From Geosiphon pyriformis uo1 (lineage: Eukaryota; Fungi; Glomeromycota), in the NCBI GenBank assembly GCA_016748015.1, contig JAAOMT010000512.1, positions 62,001 through 126,000 of the forward strand: a stretch of 64,000 nucleotides of DNA. Direction: 5' to 3'. The stretch's first letter is position 1, and each line of letters starts with the position of its first letter. The position numbers and the translations under genes are program-made. Below the pieces are notes generated by a model, which did not search any database, had not been told where the DNA came from, and worked only from the letters and a program-made list of their open reading frames with translations. Of this stretch, positions 13,778 to 27,120 are shown one piece after another.

Positions 13778-16700
13778 TTAATATTGTCTCATTCTTGAAA
13801 GGCTATTAACATTGGTGTGTAGTTTTCCTGGTTTGTAATGTACAATGTATTTGTAGTCTGCTAGGAAGTCATTCCATTGAGACTGTTTGGCACTTTGTTC
13901 AGTTTTCTTTTTATTAAGCCATTTGAGGCCAATATTGTTAGTTATTATGTCAAATTTTTTTCCATTCTTCAGGTATTGTTGAAAGTGTTTAAAAGCCCAG
14001 ATGACTGCAGCAGCTTTCAATTCAGTTAAGCCATATTTGAGTTCTGTTGACTTGAGTGTTCTACTGGCATAGACAATAACTTGTTCCTGGCCATTTTCAT
14101 CCAATTGTGATAAGATGGCACCAAATGCTATGTGTAAAGCATCAGTGGCTAATTGGAATTATTTGTTAAAGTCTGAGTAAGCAAGAACTGGGGCTGTTGT
14201 CAATTTTGTTTTGAGAGTTTCAAAAGCTTTTTGTTGTTCTTCAGTCTATTTGTATGGTATGTTTTTGTTGGTAAGATAATTAAGTGGTTTGGCAATTTCT
14301 AAGAATCCTTTTATGAATTTTTGATAGTAAGAGGCTAATTCTACAAATCCTCTTAGTTCTATAGTATTTCTGGGGGTTTGAAAGTTTTTGACAGCATTGA
14401 TTGTTCCTGGATTTGGTTTGACTCCATCTTTACTAACTATGTGTCCAAAAAAGATCAAGCTTGTTTTTCCAAAGTAACATTTCTCAATGTTTAATTTTAA
14501 TCCTGCTTTCCGTAATTGTTGAAAAACTTCTTGCAGGTGAATGAGATGGGCTTCAAAGCTTGGTGAGTATACATCAGTATTATCAAGATAGACAACTACT
14601 GATTGCCACAAGAGCCCTTCATATACAACATCTATGAGTCACTGAAATATTGCTGGTGCATTGCAAAGTCCAAAGGGCATAACATTGAACTCATAGTTTC
14701 CTTCTTGGATGGTAAATGCTGTTTTGGATCGGTCTTTTGAGTCCATTTTGACTTGTCAGTATCCACTTTCCAAGTCTAAAGTTGAGAAGAACTTGGCTTT
14801 TCCTAGAGCATCTAGCATGTCATCAATTCTTGGAAGAGAGTAGGCATCTCCAATTGTCACACTGTTCAATTGGCAATAGTCAACACAAAATCTGATTTTT
14901 CCATTTTTTTTTTGACAAAGACTACTGGTGAGGTCCAAGGACTTCTTGATAGTTGAATCAATCTGTTATTGAGCATTCTCTGGACTTCTTCTCTGATGAA
15001 TTGGTGGCTGGCAGGTGGTACTCAATAAGCTTGTTGACATTTTGGTAGAGCATCTCCTGTATAGATCTGATGTTGAACAATATCTATTTTTTCTAAGTCA
15101 TTGTTGTCTTTTGCAAATATATCTGCAAATTCAGCTATCAATTGTTTCAATTGTCTTTGTTGTTGAGGTTCTAAGGGACTCATGTTGATTTGAGAGAGTT
15201 TTTCTTCCAAAAAGTGGTAGTTTTCAGTAGTGGGAATGATATTTGGATTTGGAAGTAGAGTGTGCCTTACAATTTCGATAAAATTAGAAACAATTTGAGG
15301 GTTTTCATCTTGAAAAATATTGCTGTGTATGATTCCAATCTCTAGTTTGTTTAATAAGACAATAGAATAATTATTGGGATTGTAGAATGTAACTCAAAAT
15401 TTTTTCATTCTTTTGGGAATATAAACGTTTGGAATTGTGATTTCATGCTTCAAACAGATTTGTTTATTGGATTCAAAGATTTGTTGTGTAGTGATGAGTT
15501 TTGAGCAAGTGTAAATTTTGTGATGTTCTCCAAAAGGTGAAATGGTAATTGGCTGGAGAAGTTGAAGAATCTGGTAAGATTCATTTTGTGTATTAAAAGC
15601 TATGTTTACTGGAACTGTAAATCGTCCAGTTGAACCAAAACCTTGAGTTCCTCTTTTATTTTTTCCCAATTGTTCTCTGTTGTTTACTGATTGTAAACCC
15701 GAAATGTTGATTAAGGGTAAGTAAATTGCTTGAGCAATTTTTTCAGCATGTTCAATTTTGAATGGTTTGTCTGTTTTATTCTGTAACATGATGGTAATGT
15801 CTCCAGTGTATTCTGCATCTATAACTTCTTCTTTAATATTGATTTTTTTGCTTGCCAATGATGATCTGGAGGCAATTTGCACTATTGCTCCTAGTGGAAT
15901 TTCAAGAGCAATTTTGAGATTAATTTTTGTTAAGGACTTTGGTTGGAGAACCAAAATATCTTTTCCTAGGTATCTTAGGTTATATCCAGCATCAATTTTG
16001 TGTGCTTTTTCTGGTCTGATTCCTTGGCCATGGTTGTCAAAATATTTAAGTTGTAGAAGTGATTGCTTTTCAAGAAGATAGATGAGTGTGGTTGGTAGTT
16101 CTTCTTTTAGTTTAGATACTCCAAATTCGATTTCATTTTCATCATTCTCATCTGGCAGAGGAATGCTAAGAGCATAACATTCTAAACACTATTGGTCATC
16201 ACAAGGCATAACACATTTTTCACACAATTGAATGTTCATTTGCTTTAATCATTAAATTTGAGCTTCTTTGGTTGGATATGTGTGACTTGCAATTTGGTAG
16301 TAAGTTTTTACTTCATCTTTATAATCAAATCCAGTTAATTCCATGGTATACTCAATATATTCAGCTTCTTTCATTTGGTGGACATCTTTTTGGGTGGCTC
16401 TATTGATCAATGTCATTGCTAGGTCAAAAATTATTTCAGCATTATGAGGGTAGTGGTAAAGTTTATTGAGAGCACTGTTGTATGCTACATCAAATGGTGT
16501 TCTTCTTCTGACTTTTTCCGAAATTGATAGAGCATATTGACAGGTTTGATTACATACTCCTCTTCTCATTGCAACATCAATCCAGTTGCATTCTTCTGGT
16601 AGCATATCTCCACATGTAAGACAAGATGTGTTGTCCCATTTTCCACTTCTTTTTGGAGATCCAAATCGTTCTTTATGGCATGCTTTGCAAAAGTAATAGA

Positions 16701-19390
16701 TACGAGTTTCATATTCCTCTTCTGAAGAAATACATGCTCTCATTGATGAAAGCTTTTTTTTGCAATCTTTGCATTTGAGTGGAATATAGAATGGTTGTTT
16801 CTGTGGTTCTGGTGTAGAATATCTAACTTTCTTCCATTCTCTTGATTCTTCAAAAATCTTCTGTTCTGTTTCTTTAGCCCAATTGGATATTGATCCAAGA
16901 GCCATGTAGGTTTCAGTAAATGGCATTTCTTTCTCCTCTTCAAATTCAAATACTGGGACTTTTTCTGATTATTTGTTAAAGATACCACAAGTTGCAGGTA
17001 CTATGATATATTGTCCTTGGTATGAGATTTTAAGTTCTTGAGTTTCCCAGTTCAGGTTTGCATTGGCCTTGAGAAGCCAATCATTTCCGACTAGAGCTTG
17101 GTATTGGGGTGCATCCATAACAGGAACTTTAACTGGAATGGTGATTCTATCAATTGTAAAGGGGAAATTATTAATTTCTCCTACTGGAGTCTTCTTTATA
17201 CCATTAGCTGTGACAATAACTGTTTGAGCTGATCTGTCTACATTTTGTTTGAGTTGTTGCATCAGCTGGTAAGTAATAATACTTCCAGCTGATCCACTAT
17301 TTAAGATTAAGCAAATGGGTTTTCCTTCTACTGTAGCTTCTGTATACATAGCAGTAATTGCTTTCTGTTCATTGATTGCTGCATTACTAAGCAGAAATGG
17401 TGATTCATTTGCTTCAAATTCAAATGGAAATATATTTAACAGATTGGCATTTTGGACAATTTGAGCTGGTGGAATGGTGTGGTTGGAAGGGTTTAATCTT
17501 GGCACTGCAACTTCATCTTCAGAAAGTGCAGTTTGTTGAAAATCCGATTCCTCTGGTATTGTAAGATAATTGGTTGAGTATAATAGTAATTGGGTCTTTG
17601 CTGACCAGAATTTCGGGGAACCAACTGGTTATTTGAATTGATTCTGTTGTTGTTACTCTGCAATTGATTTTGGGGTGTGAATTAGTTATGTTGAACCAAT
17701 CTTCTTGCTGGTACTTGATATTGTTGAGTGGGTGGTGTCTGATATGGCTGAATTGGTAAAGGTTGCTGATATTGTTGCTGTATTGGTTGTAAAGCTGGTG
17801 AATAGTAACTGTTTTGATTTTGTGGTCTTGGTAAATAATAGGTTGGTGGTGGAGATTGGTAATAAGATTGTTGTGGTAAAGAGTAACGTTGATTACTCCT
17901 GTTTTGTTGGTCTCTTTGTAATTTCCTACAATCTCATTTCTAGTGTCCTGAAATTCCACAATAATGACAATTTTGAAGTTGGTTGTTGGATGGTGATCCA
18001 AAATTGTTTTGGTTGCATTGTTGTGGGGGTTGATATCTTTGTGGTTGTTGTTGGTTTGTGAAGTAGCTTTCAACCTTTTTTGTGAGTTGGTCTATCTTCT
18101 CTTCAGCTGCTGAGCTGGTTTCTCCAATTGCAAAGTTTACAAGCTTGGTGTGATTTGCTTCTTCTATTGTCATTTTATAGCTCTTTGCATGTCTAATAGT
18201 AGTTGCTAAGTCTGCTGAAGCATGTGAATGGACTTTCTTAATCAGTTTGTTTTTTAACCCTGCTATAAACTGATCCAGAATTTGAGCATCAGAATAGTAG
18301 TCATTGGTTTCTAATTGTCAGATTCGTCTAAGAAGTTTGTTAAATCTTTCAAGATAGGTCATAACAGTTTCAGATGTTTTTTGTTTGATATTGCAAAAGT
18401 GGTTTCTGAGAGTAATAAAGGTATTGTTGTTGGTGAATTGTTGTAGAAAAGCATCTTTGAATGCTTGCCAGTTTTCAAATAGTTCTTCTAAATTTTCAAA
18501 CCATTCTTCTGCTGTTCTTTGAAGAAAGTAGGAAATTGCTTTAAGCATTCTTGCTGCAATCCAACCATTTGCATCTTCTGCTTTTTGAACTTTGTCAAGC
18601 CATTTTTGAGGACTGGTATTATTGTCTTCACCAGTGAATTCTGGGATTTTTGCAATGTAAGCAGTTGCCATTTTTTCTTCGTTTTCTGTAATTTCTTCTG
18701 GTTTTGATTCAGTTTCTTCACTTTCCAAGCTTTCTGAATGATTACTTTTATTTTCCTGTAAGTAATCAATGATATTGGCACTTGTTGATATTGGTTCCTG
18801 CTGTTGAATAGGGTTTCTAGATGACTGAAAATCTTCTGGTCTGGAGAAGCAGTTAAGTGGTGAATTTGGTGTTTGTGGTTGAATAAGTAAAATTAGAAAT
18901 AGTGTAATAGAAAGTGGTAATTTGATATTGGTTCCTTGTTCAAATATTTGCAAGTGTTTGGCAGTTGTCTTTTGTAGTGTTGGAGTGTTTGGAGTGGTTT
19001 TTGAGTATTGCTTCAATCTTTGTTTGTCTTTGTTGCTTGTTTCTGTCTCTGATTTAAACTCAATAGAGTATTGAGACTGTATTGGGTATTTTTCTTCACA
19101 ATACTCAATAATGTTAAAATTAAGTTCTTAGAAGTAAGTAGCAAGTGTTTTACTGTTCAGGTCTTCTGTTTCTAATTGTGAATAGTGCACTAAATTATTG
19201 TAAAAGTTGCTTCTAACTTCTGAAATGTTGTAGTTTCTAAAAAGATAATTGTTGATGCAGTTTTTAATGTATTGGTATACTGATTTCTTAACAACTTCAA
19301 TTCCGTCTGGAATGTTGAATCTTTGCTTGCAGTAGGTGTAAATTGACTTGTAATACTCTAGAATTGCTGTGTCTGGTGTGGTCACTACTT
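13778..19390 (-). pseudogene. B3 gag-PR-Cys-rich domain-dUTPase-RT-RNaseH polyprotein gene, disrupted
   Basis: ORFs 18318-19016 and 17940-18173 (Gag, CHYCGISGH), 16969-17505 (protease LILNSGSA...LVGNDWL), 16252-16926 (Cys-rich), 15394-15954 (dUTPase, RGTQGFGSTG), 14246-14938 (RT), 13778-14104 (RH). Confidence 0.95.
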
Positions 19391-19433
19391 TAAATTTGTT
19401 GTTGCTGTGTTATTTCTATGGAAGAGCACCAAA

Positions 19434-20423
19434 TGTTACTGGAGATTTTTGGTCTTTTTTCTTGAATGTTGTAACTGTCTGTTGGTTGCAAATTTACATT
19501 TTCTAGAAGTAGTTGAACCTCCAATAACTGAATTTCTCTTCAAATTATCTCCTATAATTTGAACTATTAGGCTTATAAGTGGAATGGCCAATTCCGTGCC
19601 AGTTGCTTTGTGTAGTTATGTTGTAGTAAACATCAACTCTTTCCCAAAAATTGCTTGTCTGGAAGCTTACTAAAAATGTGTAGTTACTTTGCTGTGAAAG
19701 TCAACTCTTCTACAGGAATCTCATCTGTAGGCTACTCTAATGATTGTAATAAGAAAAGAAAAGAAAAATAAAAGAAATGTAAAAAAAATAGGATTTTATC
19801 AAGGAAAACGTTTTCTATCCAGGCCTGGAGTCACTAACAGTTTACTGAAATTTGTAGCTAATCAATTTCAAAACGTTAGTTGGGTTTTAAGGATTTTCCA
19901 AGTGCAATAATTAAAGAATTTGGTTTTTCAAATTATTTGATATTTATTTCTTTTTGTGTATATAGAAATAGTTCTAAGTGATAACTCTAAAGTAAGATAT
20001 ATTTTCTTGAAGAAAAAAGCTTTTTTTTTATACAATTTGTTGTAGTACTAGTCTATAAACTTGCACTTTTTCTCTTTGCTCAAATTTTGGCAAACTAAAG
20101 ATATATTTTGATAAACTACAAGTTATTTCACTGAACTATTGATTAATTTGGATGAACTATTCATAATTTCGGCAAATTTCTATAAATTTCGGCAAATTTC
20201 TGTAAATTTTGGCGAATTTTAGAATGTTACAAAGTTCAGGGTATTGTGTAATTTGATCATCTTACTTTCTGTTGTACTAATTGGATTATTAATTGAATCA
20301 TGATATGTAATAAATTGATTAAATAATAAGTGATAATTTGAAATGATATTAATATACTAATTAATTATAAAGATTATAAGAGTAATTTCATGCTAATTAC
20401 TAGCTAAAATTCTACTGGTAACA
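19434..20423 (-). repeat. B3 5' LTR (990 bp)
   Basis: TGTTAC...TAACA termini; 40 bp longer than the 3' LTR because of two extra ~20-bp repeat units at ~20165-20220. Confidence 0.95.
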
Positions 20424-20459
20424 GTGCTTTCTTATGGAAATAATACAGCAATAACAACT

Positions 20460-23400
20460 TCAAAGTAGTGACCACACCAAACACAACAACTCTAAAGTAT
20501 TATTAGTCAATATCTACCCACTGTAAGCAAAAATTCAACATCCCAGATAGAATTGAAATTTTCAAAAAATCACTATACCAATACATTAAAAACCGCATTA
20601 ACAATTATTTTTTTGGAAATTACAACATTTTAGAAGTTAAAAACAATCTCTACAATAATTTATTACACCATTTATCATTGAGAACTGAAAACCTTAACAG
20701 TGAAACACTTGCCACCTACTTTCAAGAACTCAATTTTAACATTATTTAATACTGTGAAGAAAAATACCCAGTACAGTCCAAATACTTTTTTGACTTTAAA
20801 TCAGAAACAGAAACAATCAACAAAGGCAAACAAAAAGTGAAACAATACTCAAAAACCATTCCAAACACTTCAATACCACCAAAGACAACTGCCAAACACT
20901 TGCAAACACCAGAACAAGGAACCAGTGTTAAATTACTACTTTCTATTACATCATTTTCAATTTTACTTGCTCAACCACAAACACTAAATTTACCACTTAC
21001 CCATTTCTTTAGACCAGAAAATTTTCAGTCACCTAAAAGTCCTACTTAATAGCAGGAACCAATATTAACCAGCACCAATATTATTGATTACTTACAAAAA
21101 AACAAAAGTAATTATTTAGAGAACTTGGAAAGTAAAGAAACTGAATTAAAACAAGAAGAAACCACAGAAAATGAAGAAAAAATGGCAACTGCTTACATTA
21201 CAAAGATTCCAGAATTCATGAATAAAGATAATAATACCAGTTCTCAAGAATGGCTTGACAAAGTTCAGAAAGCAGGAGATGCAAATGGATGAAATACAGC
21301 AAAAATGCTCAAAGCAATCTTATATTTTCTTTAAGTAACTACAAGAAAATGGTTTAAAAACTTAGAAGAATCATTTGAAAATTGGCAAGCATTCAAAGAT
21401 GCTTTTTTACAACAATTCACTAACAACAACATCTCTATTACTCTTAACAATTGCTTTCACAATATCAAACAAAAAACATTTGAAACTGTTATAACTTATC
21501 TTGAAAGATTTAATAATCTTCTTAGACAAATTCAACAATTGAAAACCAATGAATACTATTCCAATGCCCAGATTTTAGATCAGTTTATAGCAGAATTAAA
21601 AGACAAATCGATCAAGAAAGTTTGTCCATATGCCCCAAAAAACTTAGGAACAGTCATTAAACATATAAAAAACTATGAAATGGTAATAAAAGAAGCAAAT
21701 TATATCAAACTTGTGAATTTTGCTATTGAAAAAACCAGTTCAGCAGCTAAAGAAAAAATTGACCAACTTACAAAAAAGGTTGAAAACTATTTTACCAACC
21801 AACAACAGCAACAACAAACACAAAGATATTAGCCACCACAATAACAAAACCAAAACAACTATCTATTATTATTATCCAACAGTCAAAACCAAAGTTGTTA
21901 CTATTGTGGAATTCCAGGACATTGGAAATGAAACTGCAAAAAGCTACAAAGAGACCAATAAAACAGAAGTAATCAATATTACTTTTCAACACAGCAATCT
22001 TATTATTAGCCTCTACTATCAGTCTACTATTTCCCAAGACCTCAATAGTAAAACAGTTGCTATTAATCTTCTTCACAGCAACAATATTAACAACCCCTAC
22101 CAATCTAATAGTATCAACAGCCATCTATACAACAATACTAAGTATCTGCCCAAAAATTGGTTCAGCAAAACCAATTCACATCTCAAAGTCAATTCCAGAA
22201 TAATAACAACAGAATCAACTCAAACAACCAGTTAGTTCTCTGAAATTCTGATCAGCAAAGATCCAATCACTACTACACCCAACCCAGCTATCTTATTATG
22301 CCTAAAAAATCGGATTTTCAACAAACTGCACTTTCTGAAGATAAAGTTACAGCATCAAGATCAAACTCTTTTAACAATACTATTTCACCAGCTCAAATTG
22401 CTCAAAATGCCAATCTCTTAGATATATTTTCATTTGAATTTAAAGCCAATGAATTACCATTTTTGCTTAACAATGCAGCAGTTAATGAGCAAAAAACAAT
22501 TACCACTATGTATACTGAAGCTGAGGTAAAAGAAAAACAAATCTGCTTAATTTTAAACAGTGAATCTGCTGAAAGCATTATTATCTACCAACTAATACAA
22601 CAGCTTGGAAAAAATGTTGACAGACCAGCTCAAACTGTTATTGTTATAGCAGATGAAATGAAAAAGACACCAGTAAGAAAAATTGACAATTTCTTATTTA
22701 TTATTAATGAAATCACCATTCCAGTCAAAGTTCTAGTCATGGATACATTCTAATACTAAGCTTTTATTAGATATGATTGGCTTCTCAAGGCCAATACAAA
22801 TTTAGATTAGAAAACCCAAGAATTAAAGATTTCATACCAAAGATAATACATCAGAGTATCTGCCACTTGTGGTACTTTTAATAAAAAATCTAAGAAAGCT
22901 CCAGTATTCGAATTTGAAAAGATAAAAGAACTACCAGTTACTGAAACCTTTATGGCTCTTGGATTAACATCTAATTGGACTGAAAAAACAGAACAAAAAA
23001 TCTTTGAAAAAACCAGAAAATAAAATGTAGTTAGATATTCTACACCAAAACCACAGAAACAACCACCTTATATCTTACTTAAATGCAAAGACTACAACAA
23101 AAAACTTTATCAATGGAAGCATGTATTTTTCCAGAAAAGAAATATGAAACTTGCATCTGCTACTTTTGCAAAGCATGTTATAGAGAACGATTTGAATATC
23201 CCAAAAGAAATAGAAAATAGAACAACATTTTTTGCTTCACATGTAAAGATATGCTATCAGAAAAATACAACTGGATTGATGTTGCAATAAGAGGAGGAGT
23301 ATGTGATCAAACCTGTCAATATGCTCTATTAATCTTGGAAAAAGTCAAAAGAGAAACACCTTTTGATACAGCATACAACAGTGCTTTCAACAAACTTTAC

Positions 23401-25569
23401 CACTATTCTTATGATGCTAAAATGATCTTTGATTTAGCAATGGCTTTAATCAATAGAACCACACAGGAAGATGTCCAACAAATGAAAAAAGCTGAGTACA
23501 TTAAATATACAATAAAATTAACTGGATTCAACTATGAAGATGAAGTGGAAACATATCACCAAATTACAAGTTATATTTATCCAACCCAAGAAGCTCAAAT
23601 TTAACAATTGAAGTAAATGAATATTCAATTGTGTAAAAAATACATCATGTCTTGTAATAACAAATGGTGTTCAGAATGCTATGTCTTTAGTATCTTCTTG
23701 CTCAGTGAAGATGATCAAGAGGAAATTGAGTTTGGAGAACATAAGCCAAAAGAGAAAATCACAACAACCCCAATTTATCTTACTGAAAACCAGCCTGCTA
23801 TACAACTCAAATACTTTGACAACAATAGAAAAAGAATAAAACCAGAAAAAGCCCATGAAATTAATGCAAGATACAATCTACAATATTCTGACAAAGATAC
23901 TTTGGTTCTTTAACCAAAATTCTTAACCAAAATCAATTTCAAAATTGCTTTTGAAATACCACCAGGAGCAATGATACAAATTGCTTTTTGATTATTATTG
24001 GCAAGTAAAAGAATCAATGTTAGAAAAAGAATCATAGATACAGAATATATTGGAGATATTACTATCATGTTACAGAATGAAACAGACAAACCATTCAGGA
24101 TTGAACATGCTGAAAAAATTGCCCAAGCAATTTATCTACCTTTAATTAATATTTTGGGTTTACAATCAGTTAACAACAGAGAACAATTAGGAAAAAGTGA
24201 AAGAGGAACTCAAGATTTTGGTTCAACTAGACAATTTACAGTTCCAGTAAACATAGTTCTTAATGCACAGAATAAATCTCACCAGATTTTTTAACTTCTT
24301 CAACCAATTACTATTTCATCTTTTGAAGAACATCACGAAATTTATACTTGCTCAAAACCCATCACTACTCAACAAATTTTTGAATTCAATAAACAAATCT
24401 GTTTAAAGCATGAAATATCAATCCCAAACATTTATATTCCCAAAAGAATGAAGAAATTTCAAGTTATATTCTACAACTCCAATAATTATTTTATTGTCTT
24501 ATTAAATAAATTAAAGATTAGAAAACTCTCAAATTGTCTCTAATTTTATTAAAATTATAAGACATACTCTACTTTCAAATCCAAACATCATCTTTACTAT
24601 TAAAAACTACTACCTTTTAGAAGAAAAACTTTCTTAAATCAACATGGGTCTCTTAGAACTCCAACAACAAAAACAATTGAAACAGTTAATAGCTGAATTT
24701 GCAGATATATTTGCAAAAAACCATAATGACCTGAGAAAAACTAATATTATTCAACATCAAATCCATATAGAAGATGTTCTACCAAAATGATAACAAGTCT
24801 ATTAAGTTTTATCTGCTAGCCATCAATTTATTAAAGAAGAAATCCAAAAAATGCTCAATAACGAATTAATTTAACCATCAAGAAGTCCATGGGCCTTACC
24901 AGTAGTTTTGGTTAAAAAGAAAAATAGAAAAATCAGATTTTGTGTTGACTATTGTCAACTGAACAGTGTGACAATTGGAGATGCTTACTCTCTTGCAAAA
25001 ATTGATGACATGCTAGATGCTTTAGGAAAAGCCAAGTTTTTTTCAACTTTAGACTTAGAAAGTGGATGCTAACAAGTCGAAATAGACCCAAAAGACCGAC
25101 CCAAAACAGCATTTACCACCCAGAGAAGAAACTATGAGTTTAATATTATGCCTTTTAGATTCTGCAATGCACCAGCAACATTCCAGCAACTTATGGATGT
25201 TGTATATGAAGGACTTTTATGGCAATCAGTAGTTGTTTATCTTAATAATACTAATGTGTACTTATCAAGCTTTGAAGCCTATCTTATTTACCTGCAAGAA
25301 GTTTTTCAATGATTACAAAAAGCAGAATTGAAGTTGAACATTAAGAAATGTTACTTTGGAAAAACAAGCTTAATTTTTCTGGAACACATAGTTAGTAAAG
25401 ATGGAGTTAAACCAAATCCAGGAACAATCAGTGCTGTCAAAAACTTTCAAACTTCCAAAAATATTACAAAGCTACAAGGATTTGTAAGATTAGCCTCCTA
25501 TTATTGGAAATTCATAAAAGAATTTTTAGAGATTGCCAAACTACTCAACTATCTTATCAACAAAAATGT
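20460..25569 (+). pseudogene. B2 gag-PR-Cys-rich domain-dUTPase-RT, disrupted; continues at 35645
   Basis: ORFs 20837, 21539, 22298, 23251, 23617, 23998 and 25328 are colinear with B3. Confidence 0.92.
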
Positions 25570-26423
25570 TGTTACAGTTGAATTTTTTGGGTCTCAAATT
25601 AACTAACAAACTCATAACTTGGTGCTTAAAACTACTCATGTTGTTGATAATATTTTTAAGTGGTTGGTATCTAAAGGTTTTCCAAATGAGTCCTTTGTAT
25701 AATGGACAGAGATTCAATAGTTGTTTTATCCGTAGCTTCCCAGACTTGCAAGTCTGTCAATTTTTTTCTTGGCTTGGTGGCTGGCAATCCTCTGGTAAGT
25801 AATCCATATCTTCTGTACATGTTCTACTCCCTTGCAGGAGTTTTTTACCAGGCAATCCTTGACGTCAGTAATCAGCACTTTCAATCAATTGGTTAGTGCA
25901 CAATAACAAAATCACAGAAAATAAAGAAAATAAAGAAATCTAAAGAAATAAGCCAAGGTGATTTGCAGATTAGTATCCTGTCAATAGCCATGATCAAAAG
26001 CTATTGTTCCAGTATGGTTAAGTATCAATTACTATCAACATAAAGTGTTGATAGTGGAGAGTGGATTGAGATATGAAATAATTATTTATTTGATGATTGG
26101 GTTTTTAGGCTAAGGATTCTGTGGTATTGATTCCATCTTTTTTGTTTTTAATACTACTGCTATATATACATATTTGAGATTTTTCAATTCCTCAATTCCT
26201 TGCAACAGGAATCTTGAATTTCTTGGAATCCTGCGATTTCTGATGAGAGGAATTCTGGGAATTCTGGAATCCTGTGATTCCTTGTTGGAGAATTCTGAAA
26301 TTCCTGAAATTCTGCAATTCCTCTGAGAGGAATCCTGGAATTCCACATTTACTATGTCTATCTCTGATTGGCTAATATCTACTGACTAATAATACTATAT
26401 TTTCCTATATTCTATAAGTAACA
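25570..26423 (-). repeat. A2 3' LTR (854 bp)
   Basis: Direct repeat of 34788-35640. Confidence 0.95.
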
Positions 26424-26436
26424 TTATTCCCTCCTT

Positions 26437-27096
26437 TTAATATTAAGCTCTGTCAAAATCTAATTCTTTTAATTCTTCCTCTTGAATTATTTTTTGAACT
26501 TCTTTTTTGAGTATTACTTGTGTTATTTAAATTTGTAATTTTTCAAATTGGGCATTGGTCATTTTTCCTAATTGATTACTCGTAACTGTGTCCATTGCTG
26601 TGTTGAATAAGATTTTTGGTCAGTCTTGAAATTCCATATATAGCCAGTAAATGGCTCGAGCTTGTGTGGTTAGATTGTTTTTTCTCACAAATTGTTTCAG
26701 TTGTCTCAGTATTGTTGTGTCGAATAATCGTTTTGTTTTGTTGGTGTACAAATTCTGGATATTTACGTGTTGTCCCAAGTGGAAATAGCAATAGTTTTTC
26801 AGAAATTGTTGTGTTCACCAAGTTCAATTTTCTCTAGTAAGTTTTTGGTGTAGTTCGACTATTTGTTGTTCTTTTATGGCCAATTTTATCTTGGTCATAA
26901 TTTTGTTAACAACATTTTCAAGTCTTTTCTGTACTTTGTATTGTAGTATCTTTGCCGTATTTTTGTAACAAATGGTTTGTTGATTGATTGTAATTTCTAT
27001 TTTCTGGTGTTGAATTAATTGAAAAATTTGTTGAGCTAGTGAATAGATATTGTCCATAATTTCCATTTTTCTGATCTTTTCTGTCGTATTAACTAT
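26437..27096 (-). pseudogene. A2 accessory ORF3 (~219 aa, unknown function)
   Basis: ORF 26824-27066 (MEIMDNIYSLAQQIFQ) plus in-frame continuation NYCYFHLGQ..QARAIY..NQLGKMTNAQF. Homologous to A1 and A3. Confidence 0.8.
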
Positions 27097-27120
27097 GTTT
27101 TTTATATATTCTTTTGTTGA

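Larger units (their letters stand above)
10543..20423 (-). mobile_element. Ty3/Gypsy LTR retrotransposon B3, uninterrupted (9.9 kb), inserted into the PBS of B2
   Basis: LTRs at 10543-11492 and 19434-20423. Perfect TSD GTGC (10539-10542 / 20424-20427). PBS TGGTGCTCTTCC and PPT GAGAAGGAGA on the minus strand. Confidence 0.96.

Noticed and set aside
17705-18061. Val/Leu-rich hydrophobic antisense ORFs (also 1101-1307, 5809-6195, 21792-22124, 32694-32969)
   Set aside because: Reverse-strand shadows of Gln/Pro/Asn-rich Gag; not env or membrane genes
9562-20423. Inverted LTRs suggesting a DIRS-like or TIR element
   Set aside because: Fully explained by an antisense nested insertion with its own direct LTRs and a GTGC TSD; no tyrosine recombinase or transposase seen
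22305-22320. GGATTTT slippery-like site between gag and pol
   Set aside because: Gag (21539) and PR (22298) ORFs are in the same frame in B2, and the B1 ORF 1343-1777 reads through it, so no programmed frameshift is needed
26200-26345. Short periodic repeats that might suggest a CRISPR array
   Set aside because: Degenerate tandem units without unique spacers, inside LTRs, in a eukaryotic context with no cas genes
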